This document shows, in pieces, positions 1 to 40,600 of a stretch of 64,000 nucleotides of DNA. How positions within the stretch are numbered: position 1 is the first letter of the stretch; each line of letters begins with the position of its first letter. Position numbers and translations under genes: made by a program. Source of the stretch: the human T2T-CHM13v2.0 reference genome, Homo sapiens. The notes below the pieces were generated by a model. That model had not been told where the DNA came from, ran no database searches, and saw only the letters and a list, made by a program, of their open reading frames with translations. Location of the stretch: assembly GCF_009914755.1 (NCBI RefSeq), contig NC_060929.1; one strand, given 5' to 3'.

Positions 1-27378
<27,378 letters not shown>

Positions 27379-30300
27379 ATCACCTAGGTGATCAGTGCAG
27401 TGATATGTCACACAAATTCCTATAGACAGAGCCTAGAAAGCGTTACATCACCTGGGTGATCAGTGCAGATATCTGACACAATGCCCCAATATACAGTGCC
27501 TAGACAAGACTTCCATCACCTGGGTGATCAGTGAGGAGGTATATCACAAATCCCCCTCTAGGCAGAGAATAGAGAAGACTCCCATCACCTGGGAGATCAG
27601 TGCAGAGATATTTCACAATGCCCCCTACACGCAGAGAGTTGATAAGAGTTACATAACCTAGGTGATCTGTGCAGAGCTTTGTCAAAGCGCCTCTGTAGGC
27701 AGAGCCTACATAAATGTTACATCACCTGGGTGATCAGTGCAGAGATATGTCAAAATACACCCTGTAGGTAGAGCCTAGACAAGAGTTACTTCACCTGGGT
27801 GATCAGTGCAGAGATATGTCAAAATACACCCTGTAGGTACAGCCTAGACAAGAGTTACTTCACCTGTGTGATCAGTGCAGAGATACGTCACAATAACCCC
27901 TGTAGTTGGAGCCTAGACAAGAGTTTCATCAGCTGGGCGATCAGTACAGAAATATGTCACAAATCCCCTGTAGGCAGATCCTAGACAAGAGCTGAATCAC
28001 CTGGGTGATCAGTGCAGAGATATTTCACAATGCCCACTTTGGGCAGAGGCTAGAAAAGAGTTACATCACCTAGGTTATCAGTGCAGAGATTTGTCAAAAT
28101 TCCCTTTAGGCAGTTCTTATAAAAGTGTTACTTCACCTAATTGATCAGTGCAGAGATATGTCACAAAGCTCCTGTAGGAAGAATTTAGATGAGCTACATC
28201 ACCTGGGTGATCAGTGCAAATGTATGTAAAAAGCCCACTGTAGGCAAAGCCTACACAATAGTTACATCAATTGGGTGATCAGTGGCGAGATCTCTCACAA
28301 TTCCCCTGTAGGCAGAGCTTATAAACTGTTACATCACCTGGGTGATCCATGTAGAGATATGTCACAATGCCCCCATAGGCAGATCCAAAACAAGAGTCCA
28401 TCACCTGAGTGATCAGTGCAGATCTATATGAGAATCCCCGTGTAGGCAGAGCCTAGACAAGTGTTACATCACCTGGGTTGTCAGTGCAGGTGTAAGTCAT
28501 AAAGCCTCCTGTAGGCAGAGCGTACACAAGTGTTCCCTCCCCAGGGTGATCAGTGCAGGGATGTGTCACAAAGCCCTGAAGGCCGAGCCCAGATGAGAGT
28601 TTCATCACTTTGTTGGTCAGTTCAGAGATGTGTCACAAGGTCCATGATGGCAGATATAAGACAAGTGACCATCCCCTGGGTGATCAGTGCAGACATATGT
28701 ACCAATGTCCCCTGTAGGCAGTGCCTAGACAAGAGTTGCATCACCTCAGAGATCAGTGCATAGATATGTCGCAAAGCCTTCTGTAGGCAAAGCCCCTACA
28801 AGGCTTACATCACCCAGGTGATCAGTGCAGTGATATGTCACAAAAATCCTTATAGACAGAGCCTAGAAAAGATTTACATCACCTGGGTGATCAGTGCAGA
28901 TGTTTGACACAATGCCCCCATAGACAGAGCCTAGAGAAGAATTCCATCACCTGGGTGATCAGTGCAGAGATATGTCACAACTTGCCCTCTAGGCAGAGTA
29001 TAGAGAAGAATCCCATCACCTGGGAGATCAGTGCAGAGATATTTCCCAATGCCCCCTGTAGGCAGAGAGTGGACAAGGGTTAAATAACCTACGTGTTCTG
29101 TGCAGAGCTATGTCAAAACGCCCCTGTAGGCAGAGCCTAGATAAATGTTACATCACCTGGGTGATCAGTGAAGAGATATGTCACAATACCCTCTGTAGGT
29201 GGAGCCCAGAGAAAAGTTACATCACCTGGGTGATCAGTAGAGATATATGTCACAAAGACCCTGTAGGCAGAGCGTAAACAGGATTTACATCACCTGTGTG
29301 ATCAGTGCAGAAATATGTCACAAAGACACTGTAGGCCTAACCTAAACAAATGTTGTTACAACTCCTGGGTTATCAGTGCAAAGATATGTCACAAAGCCCC
29401 CTGTAGACAAATCCCAGAAAATTGTTACTTCACCTAGGTGATCAGTGGAGATATCTGTCACAATTCCCCTTTAGGGGCAGCTTAGACAAGCGTTACATCA
29501 CATGAGTGATCAGTGCAGAGATATGTCACTATGCCCCCATAGGCAGATCCAAGGCAAGAGTCCATCACCTGGGTGATCAGTGCAGAAGTATGCCACAATG
29601 CCGCCAGAAGGCAGATATAGACAAGAGTTACATCACCTGCGTGATCACAGAGGATATATGTCACAATGCCCCTGTAGGCAGAGCATAGTCAAGGGTCCCA
29701 TCACCTGGGTGATCAGTGCAGGGTTATGTCACAATGCTCCCTTGTGGCAGAGCCTAGACAGGTGTTACATCACCTGGGTGATCAGTGCAGAGACGTGTCA
29801 CAAGCCCCCAGTAACCAGAGCCTAGACAAGAGTTACATCAGCCGTGTGATCAGTGTAGTGACATGTCACAATGTCCCTGTAGCCATATCCTTGACAAAAG
29901 TGACATCACCTGGGTGATCAGTGCAGATATATGTCACAATGTCCCTGTAGCCATATCCTTGACAAAAGTGACATCACCTGGGTGATCAGTGCAGATATAT
30001 GTCACAATGTCTCCAGTAGGCAGAGCCTAGACAAGAGTTACATCAGCTAGGTGATCAGGGCAGAGATATGTCACCATCACCCCGTAAGCTTATCCCAGAC
30101 AATAGTTACATCACCTCCGTGATCAGTGCAGACATATGTCTCAATGCTCCCTGTCGGTGAAGCCTATACGAGAGATACATCATCTCGGTGATCAGTGCAG
30201 TGATATGTTAAAGTGCCCCAGTAGGCAGATCCCAGACAAGAGTTACATCACCTGGGTGATCTCTGCAGAGATATCTCACAATACCACCTGTAAGCATAGT

Positions 30301-33300
30301 GTACACAAGAGTTATATCACCTTGGTGCTCAGTGCAGAGATATTTCATAAATCCCACTGTAAGCAAAGCCTAGACAACTTTTACATCACCTCAGCGATCA
30401 GTGCAGGGATATGTCCCAATGTCCCTCTAGGAAAAGCAGAGAAAAGAGTCACATCTGCTGGGTGATCAGTGCAGAGATAAGTCACAATGCCCCCATAGGC
30501 AGAGCCTAGACAAGAGTTACATAACCCGGGTGATCCGTGCAGAGTGATGTCACAACGCCTTCTGTAGGCAGAGACTAGAAAAGAGTTACATCATCTGGGT
30601 GATCAGTGCAGAGATATGTCACAATGCCGCCTGTAGGCAGAGCATAGAGAAGAGTTGCATCACCTGGGTGTTCAGGGCAGAGATATGTCACAATGTCCCC
30701 TGTATGCAGACCATAGAGAAGAGTCGCATCACCTGGGTGATCAGTGCAGAGATATGTCACAAATTCCCCTGAAGGCAAAGCCTAGGCAAGAGTTACATCA
30801 ACTTTGTCATCAGTTAAGGCATATGTGAAAACGCCCCTGTAGGCAGAGCCTAGACAAGAGTTACATCACCTAGTTGATCAGTGTAGAAATATTTCAAAAT
30901 ACCCTCTGTAGGCAGATCCTAGACAAGAGTTGAATCACCTGGGTGTTCAGTGCAGAGATATTTCACAATGTCCCCTTTGGGCAGAGGGTAGACAAGAGTT
31001 ACATCACCTAGGTGATCTGTGCAGAGATTTGTCAAAATTCCCTGTAGGCAATGCTTATAAAAGTGTTACGTCACCTAAGTGATCAGTGCAGAGATATGTC
31101 ACAAAGCTCCTATAGGCAGAACTTAGATGAGTTACATCATCTGGGTGATCAGTGCAAAGGTATGTCACAAAGCCCCCGGAAGGCAAAGCCTAGACAATAG
31201 TTACATCACTTGGATGATCAGTGGCGACATCTCAACTCCCCTGTAGGCAGAGCTTATACAACTGTTACATCACCTGGGTTATCAGTGCAGAGATATTTCG
31301 CAATGCCCCCATAGGCAGATCGAAGACAAGAGTCCGTCACCTGGGTAATCAGTGCAGAAATATGTCACAATGTCCCCTTAGGCAGAGCCTAGACAAAAGC
31401 CCCATCACCTGGATGATCAGTGCAGAGTTATCTCACAAAGTCCCTTTGGGCAGATCCTAGAAAAGTGTTACATCACTTGGGTGATCAGTGCAGAGATATG
31501 TCACAATGCCACTGTAGGCAGAGCCTAGAGAAGAGTTACATGACCTAGGTGATCAGTGCAGACGTACATCGCAAAGTCCCTTTAGGCAGAGCCTTGACAA
31601 GTTGTACATCACCTGGGTGATCATTGCAGGGATGTGTAACAAAGCACCCTGTAGGCAGATCTTAGAAAAGAGTTACATCACCTGGATGATCAGTGCAGAG
31701 ATATGTCACAATGCCACTGTAGGCAGAGCCTAGACCAGAGTTACATGACCTAGGTGATCAGTGCAGAGATACATCACAATGCTCCTGTAGGCAGAGTCTT
31801 GAAAAGTGGTATATCACGTGGGTGATCATTGCAGGGATATGTCACAAAGCACCCTGTAGGCAGATCCTAGAGAAGATTTATATCACCTGGGTGATCAGTG
31901 AAGAGATATGTCACAATGCCGCCTGTAGGCAGAGCATAGAGAAGAGTTGCATCACCTGGGTGTTCAGGGCAGAGATATGCCACAATGCCCCCTGTATGCA
32001 GAGCATAGAGAAGAGTTGCATCACCTGGGTGATCAGTGCAGAGATATGTCACAATTTCCCCTGAAGGCAAAGCCTAGGCAAGAGTTACATCACCTTTGTC
32101 ATCAGTTAAGGCATATGTGAAAACGCAACTGTAGGCAGAGCGTAGAAAAGAGTTACATCACCTAGTTGATCGGTGCAGAGATATTTCAAAATACCCCCTG
32201 TAGGCAGATCCTTGACAAGAGTTGAATCACCTGGGTGATCAGTGAAGAGATATTTCACAATGCCCCCATTGGGCAGAAGGTAGACAAGAGTTACATCACC
32301 TAGGTGATCAGTGCAGAGTTTTGTCAAAATTCGCTGTAGGCAGTGCTTATAAAAGCGTTACATCACCTAAGTGATCAGTGCAGAGATATGTCACAAAGCT
32401 CCTGTAGGCAGAACTTAGATGAGTTACATCACCTGGTTGATCAGTGCAAAGGTATGTCACAAAGCCCCCTGTAGGCAAAGTCTAGACAATGGTTACATCA
32501 CTTGTGTGATCAGTGGCGAGATCTCTCACAATTCTACTGTAGGCAGAGCTTATACAACAGTTACATCACCTCGGTGATCAGTGCAGAGATATGTCACACT
32601 GCCCCCATAGGCAGATCCAAGAGAAGAGTCCATCACACCGGTGATCAGTGCAGAAATATGTCACAATGCCCCCTTAGGCAGAGCCTAGAGCAAAGACCCA
32701 ACACCTGGATGATCAGTGCAGAGTTATGTCACAAAGTCCCTTTAGGCAGATCCTAGACAAGATTTACATCACTTGGATGATCAGTGCAGAGATATGTCAC
32801 AAATCCACTGTAGGCAGAGTCTAGAAAAGTGTTACATGACCTAGGTGATCAGTGCAGAGATACATCGCAATGTCCCTGTAGGCAGAGCCTTGACAACTGG
32901 TACATCAGCTGGGTGATCATTGCAGTGATAGGTCACAAAGTACCCTGTAGGCAGATCCTAGAGAACAGTTACATCACCTGGCTTATCAGTGTAGAGATAT
33001 GTCACAATGGCACTGTAAGTAGAGCCTAGACAGGAGTTACATGACCTAGGTGATCAGTGCAGAGATACAACGCATTGTCCCTGTAGGCAGAGCCTTGAAA
33101 AGTGGTAAATCACCTGGGTGATCATTGCAGGGATATGTCACAAAACACCCTTTAGGCAGATCCTAGAAAAGAAGAGTGACATCGCCTGGGTGATCAGTGC
33201 AGAGACTTGTGCAAATACCCTGTAGGCAGTGCTTATAAAAGTGATACAACACCCAGGTGATCAGTGCGGAGATATGTCACCAAGCTCTTGTAGGCAGAAT

Positions 33301-34843
33301 TTAGAGGAGTTACATCACCTGCGTGATCAGTGCAAATTTATGTCACAAAGCCCCTGTAGGCAAAGCCTAGACAATAGTTACATCACTTGGGTGTTCAGTG
33401 GCGAGATCTCTCACAATTCCCCTGTAGGCAGAACTTATACAACAGTTACATCACCTGGGTGATCAGTGCAGAGATATGTCACAATGCCACTGTAGGCAGA
33501 GCCTAGACAAGAGTTACATGACCTAGCTGATCAGTGCAGAGATACATCGCAATGTCCCTGTAGGCAGAGCCTTGAGAAGTGGTAAATCACCTGAGTGAAC
33601 ATTGCAGGGATATCTTACAAAGCACCCTGTAGGCAGATCTTAGAGAAGAGTTATATCACCTGTGTGATCAGTGCAGAGATATGTCACAAGCCCCCTGTAG
33701 GCAGAGCCTAGACAAGAGTTATATCACCTGGGTTATCAGTGCAGTGATATATCACGATGCCGTGTGGCCAGAGCCTAGAATAAATTTACAGCCCCTGGGA
33801 GATCAGTGCAGAAATATGTCACAATATCCCCAGTAGGCAGAGACCAGGCTAGAGTTGGATCACCTCGGGATCAGTGCAGAGACATGTCTCAATCCCCCTG
33901 TGGGCACATCATAGACAAGAGTTACATCACCTCGGTTAACAGTGCAGAGATATGTCAAAATGCCCCTGTAGGCAGAGCCTACACAAGTGTTACATCACTT
34001 AGGTGATCAGTGCAGAGATATGTCACAATACCCCCTGTAAGCAGTGCCTAGACAACAGTTACATCACCTGGGTGATCACTGCAGAGATATGTGACAAGTG
34101 CCCTTTAATCAGAGCCTAGACAATTGTTACATCACCTGAGTGATCAGTGCAGAGATCTGTCACAGAGCCCCTTTAGGCAGAGCTTAGAACAGTGTTACAT
34201 CACCTGGGTGATCAGTGCAGAGATATGTCACAATGTGCCCATAAGCAAATCCAAGACAAGAGTCCGTCACCTGGGTGATCAGTGCAGAAATATGTCACAA
34301 TGCCCACAGTAGGCAGAGCCTGGAGAAGAGTCCCATCACCTGGGTGATCAGTGCAGAGATATTTCACAATGCCCCCACCGGCAGAGCGTAAGTAAGAGTT
34401 ACATCACCTAGATGATCATTGCAGAGATATGTCAAAAGGCCCCCTATAGGCAGAGCCTGGACAAGAGTTACGTCACCTCGGTGATCAATGCAGTGGTATG
34501 TCAATATGCCCCGTAGGCAGAGCCTAGTCAAGCGTTACATCACCTGGGTGATCAGTGCAGAGATATATCACAAAGCCCCCATACACAGAGCCTAGACAAG
34601 AGTCCCATCACCTGGGTGATCAGTGCAGAAATATGTCAAAATGCCCCCATAGGCAGATCCAACACAAGAGTTCCATCACCTGGGTGATCAGTGTATAGAT
34701 ATGTCACAATGCCCCCATAGGCAGAGCCTAGACAAGAGTCCCATCACCTGGGTGATCAGTGCAGAGATCTGTCACAAAGCTCCGGTAGGCAGAGCCTAGA
34801 CAAGCGTTACATCACTTTGTTGATCAGTTCGGAGATGTGTCAT
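27379..34843 (+). repeat. Beta-satellite (68-bp Sau3A/BSR) array, diverged monomers
   Basis: About 110 tandem 68-69 bp monomers of consensus GATCAGTGCAGAGATATGTCACAATGCCCCTGTAGGCAGAGCCTAGACAAGAGTTACATCACCTGGGT, with a Sau3A GATC site in most monomers. Confidence 0.97.
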
Positions 34844-35419
34844 ACTGACTGCTTGCTCCCGGAGCTCTGCGGGTACCCTGAACCATGCAGGGAAGGGTGG
34901 AAGACCGGCGTGGTGCCTTTGCTGTTCTTGCCAGTTTCCAAACCGTCCACATTGCAGACTCCCCATGTTGCCGCACACGGGAATCCTTCTTCAGGCCATC
35001 ACACCGGGGAGGCATCTTCTCTCTGGGGTCTCGCTATGGTCTCCTCCGTGGAAGTGAACGAGAGCCACACGCCTGCCTGTGTGAGATTGTCCCGCCAGTG
35101 GCAACACCCACAGGCACTGCCTCCTTCACGGAGAGAGGGCCTGGAGCACTCAAGACTCCCACGGAAGTTCAGTTCCGCACTCCCCTCCAACCTCCCAGGC
35201 CGGTTTCTCCCTGCTGAAGAAGCATGGCAGCCCAGAGAGCTGCATCCAGTTCCGGCGGGATTCCTGGAGAGGTCCGGAGAGCCAGCCCCAGAAACGCGAC
35301 ACCCTCACCCCTTCCCCCTCGCCCTCTTCCTCTTCATGTCTTTTACCCCACCACCGCCATCACCACTTCCTCACCCCCAACTCACCACCACCCAGCTGCA
35401 GGCCTCGACACACTGGGAC

Positions 35420-36869
<1,450 letters not shown>

Positions 36870-37008
36870 GACGCGGGGTTGGGACGGGGTCAGGTCGGGG
36901 CAGGGCGGTAGCCTCTCTTTCGTGGAGAACACCTGGCTGGCTATGGAGGGGCGTTTTTTCCCCCAACCCCTCCACCGGGCTGACCCACCTGGGATTCCTG
37001 CCTTCTAG

Positions 37009-37099
37009 GTCTAGGCCGGGGAGAGACTCCACACAGCGGAGAACTGCCATTCTTTCCTGGGCATCCCGGAGATCACAGAGCCGGCCCAGTTACCAGCAG
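37009..37099 (+). other. Homologue of DUX4 non-coding exon 2
   Basis: Acceptor ttcctgccttctAG|gtctaggcc (AG 37007-37008) and donor ccagcag|GTgggc (GT 37100-37101), matching the DUX4 exon 2 boundaries as recalled. Confidence 0.7.
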
Positions 37100-37415
37100 G
37101 TGGGCCGCCCACTGTGCACCCACTTGTTTGTGGGCAGCCACCTGGGCTGTGGGAGCAGCCGGTGCAGACTTCTCATGCCTTTCCAACACCACTCCCCCGC
37201 CTGACCACCCCATCCACACCCCCAAACCACACCCCCGGAAAATGCATCCTCCCCTGGGCTGAGTGGAGACCCCTGTACCGTGAGACACCGAGCCTGTGAA
37301 GTGTCCTGGCCTGACACCTCTCGGGTGGCTCACCTCCTCTGTGTCTGTGCCCCACCGTAGCCTCCCCACACGTACCCCTGCAGCCTCCCAGCTGCCACCA
37401 TGGAGCACCTGGCAG
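37095..37415 (+). repeat. Partial next D4Z4-like unit (LSau-containing start)
   Basis: agcaggtgggccgcc...ctgggctgtgggagcagcc...cccccggaaaa...cccctgcagcctcccagctgcca resembles the first ~320 bp of a D4Z4 unit, with many CpG>TpG/CpA changes. Confidence 0.8.
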
Positions 37416-37660
37416 CGGAACGCAGACCTCTAGGTCCCTTTGCTTTCCTCCTGGATAGACCTGCACTCATTGCGCACCCCAGCTGATGTGCAAGGGAGCC
37501 CGCTGGCATTTCTGTGCCCCTGCCCGTCCAGGAAATTCTGGCTGAGGCTCTCCCAACACCTTCCGACGCTCTTTCGTCAAAGCCTGGAGAATAGTTACAG
37601 CTCCTGGATGATCAGTTCAGAAACATGTTACAATCGCCCTCCCTGCGGAGCCTAGAGACG
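37416..37660 (+). other. pLAM-like segment (DUX4 exon 3 homologue) merging into beta-satellite
   Basis: Acceptor cctggatAG|acctgc (AG 37457-37458), then gtgcaagggagc, gaaattctggctga, caccttccgacgct, ctcctggatgatcagttcag, colinear with 4qA pLAM as recalled. The poly(A)-signal position reads GTTACA (37627-37632). Confidence 0.8.
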
Positions 37661-40600
37661 ATTTGCAACATTTGGGTGATGAGTGCAGAGATATATCACA
37701 ATGTCCCCTGTACAGAAAGCCTGGAAGTTATTTACATCACCTCAGTGATCAGTGCATAGGTATGTGAGAAATCCACAGTAGGCTGAACCTATACAAGGGT
37801 TACATCACTTAGGTGATCAGTGTAGAGATATGTGAAAATTCCTGTGTAGACATAGCCTAGACAAGTGTTACATCACCTAGTAATCAGTGTAGCGATAAGT
37901 CGTTAAGCCTCCTGTAGGCAGAGTGTAGACAAGTGTTTCCTCCCTGGGGTGATCAGTGCAGAGATATGTCACAAAGCCCCTGTAAGCAGAACCTTGACAA
38001 GGGTAACATCACCTGTTTGATCAGTGGAAATTTATATCACAAAGCCCCTGTAGGCAAAGCCCAGACAATTGTTACATCGCCTAGGTGAGCAGTGGAGAGA
38101 TCTGTCACAATGCTCCTGTAGGTAGAGCTTAGAGACGAGTTACATCACCTGGGTGATCAGTGTAGGGATATGTCACAATGCCACCTGTAAGCAGATCCCA
38201 GACACTAGTTGCATAACCTTGGTGATCAGTGCAGAGATATGTCTCAAAACACCCTGTCGGCGAAGCCTATACAAGAGTTACATAATATCGGTGATCGGTG
38301 CAGTGATATGTTAACATACCCCTGTAGGCAGAGGCTAGACAAGAGTTACATCACCTGAGTGATCAGTGAAGAGATATCTCACAATAACCCTGTAAGCAGA
38401 GCCAAGACAAGAGTTACATCACCTGCGAGATAAGTGCAGAGGGATGTCATAAATCTCACAGAAGGCAAAGCATAGACAAGTTTTACATCACCTCAGCGAG
38501 CAGTGCAGGGATATTTCCCAACGTCCCTCTAGGCAGAGCTTAGACAAGTCACATGTCCTGGGTGATCAGTGCAGAGATAAGTAACAATGCCTCCATAGGC
38601 AGAGCCTAGACAAGAATTACATAACCCAGGTGACCAGTGCAGAGTGATGTCACAACGCCCTCTGCAGGCACAGACTAGAAAAGTGTTACATCACCTGGGT
38701 GATCAGTGCAGAGATATGTCACAATGCCCCCTGTAGGCATAGCATAGAGAAGAGTTGCATCACCTGGGTAATCAGTGCAGAGATATGTCACCATTTCCCC
38801 TGTAGTCAGAGCATAGAGATGCGTTGCATCACCTGGGTGATCAGTGCAGAGATATGTCACAATATCCCCTGTAGGCAAAGCCTAGGCAAGGGTTACATCG
38901 CGTTTGTCATCAGTTCAGGGATATGTGAAAACGCCCCTGGAGGCAGGGCCTAGACAACAGTTATATCCCCTAATGATCAGTGCAGAGATATTTCACAATA
39001 CTCCTGTAGGAAGATCCTAGACAAGAGTTGAATCACCTGGGTGATCAGTGCAGAGATATGTCACAAAGCTCCTATAGGCAGAACTTAGATGAGTTACATC
39101 ACTTGGGTGATCAGTGCAAAGCTATGTCACAAAGCCCCCTGTATGCAAAGCCTAGACAATATTTACATCACTTACTTGGGTGATCAGTGGCGAGATCTCT
39201 CACAATTCCCCTGTAGGCAGAGCTTATACAACAGTTACATCACCTGAGTGATCAGTGCAGAGGTATGACACAATGACCCCGTAGGCATATCCAAGACAAG
39301 AGACCGTCACCTGGGTGATCAGTGCAGAGATATGTGAGAATTCCCGTGTAGGCAAAGCCTAGACAAGTGTTATACAACCTAGGTTATCAGTGACACTATA
39401 AATCATAAAGCATCCTGTAGGCAGAGCATAGACAAGAGTACCCTCCCCAGAGTGATCAGTGAGGAGATGTGTGACAAAGCCCATCTAGGCAGAGCCTACA
39501 GAAGAGTTTCATCACTTGGTTGATCAGTTCAGAGATGTGCCACAATGTCCATGTAGGCAGATCTAAGACAAGAGTCCATCACATGGGTGATCATGAAGAG
39601 ATATGTACTAATGTCCCCTGTAGTCAGTGCGTAGACAAGAGTTTCCTCACCTCAGAGATCAGTGCAGAGATATGTCACAAAGTCTTCTGTAGTCAAAGCC
39701 CATACAAGGCTTACATCACCTAGGTGATCAATACAGTGATATGTCACAAAAGTCCCTGTAGACAGAGCCTAGGAAAGAGTTACATCACCTGGTTGATCAC
39801 TGCAGATATTTGACACAATGCCCCCATAGACAGAACCTAGACAAGACTTCCATCACCTGGGTGATCAGTGCAGAGATATGTCACAAATCCCCCTGTAGGC
39901 AGAGTATAGAGAAGAGTCCCGTCACCTGGGTGATCAGTGCAGTGAAATTTCACAAAGCCCCTGTAGGCAGAGTGATCAAGAGTTACATAACCTAGGTGAT
40001 CTGTGTAGAGCTATGTCAAAACGCCCCTGTAGGCAGAGCCCAGATAAATGTTACATCACGTGGGAGATCAGTGCAGAGATACCTCACAATAGCCCCTGTA
40101 GGTGGAGCGTAGACAAGAGTTAGATCACCTGGATGATCAGTGCAGAGATACGTCAAAATAACCCCTGTAGGTGGAGCCTAGACAAGAGTTACATCACCTG
40201 GGTGATCAGTACAGAAATATGTCACAAAGCCCCTGTAGGCCAAGCCTAGAAAAGAATTACATCTCCTGGGTGATCAGTGCAGAAATATGTGACAAACCCC
40301 TGTAGGCCGAGCCAAGACAAGAGTTACATCTCCTGGGTGATCAGTGCAAAGATATGTCACAAAGCCCCTGTACACAAATCCAAGAAAATTGGTACATCAC
40401 CTGGGCAATTAGTGGAGATATCTGTCACAATCCCCTTTAGGCGCAGCTTAGACAAGCGTTCCATCAGATGAGTGATCAGTGCAGAGATATGTCACTGTGC
40501 CCCCATAGGCAGATCCAAGACAAGAGTCCATCACCTGGCTGATCAGTGCAGAAATATGCCACAATGCCTCCAGTAGGCAGATATAGACAAGTATTACATC

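Noticed and set aside
33779-33784. AATAAA in beta-satellite
   Set aside because: It lies 6.4 kb downstream of a promoterless fragment and upstream of the full DUX4-like copy; likely a chance variant.
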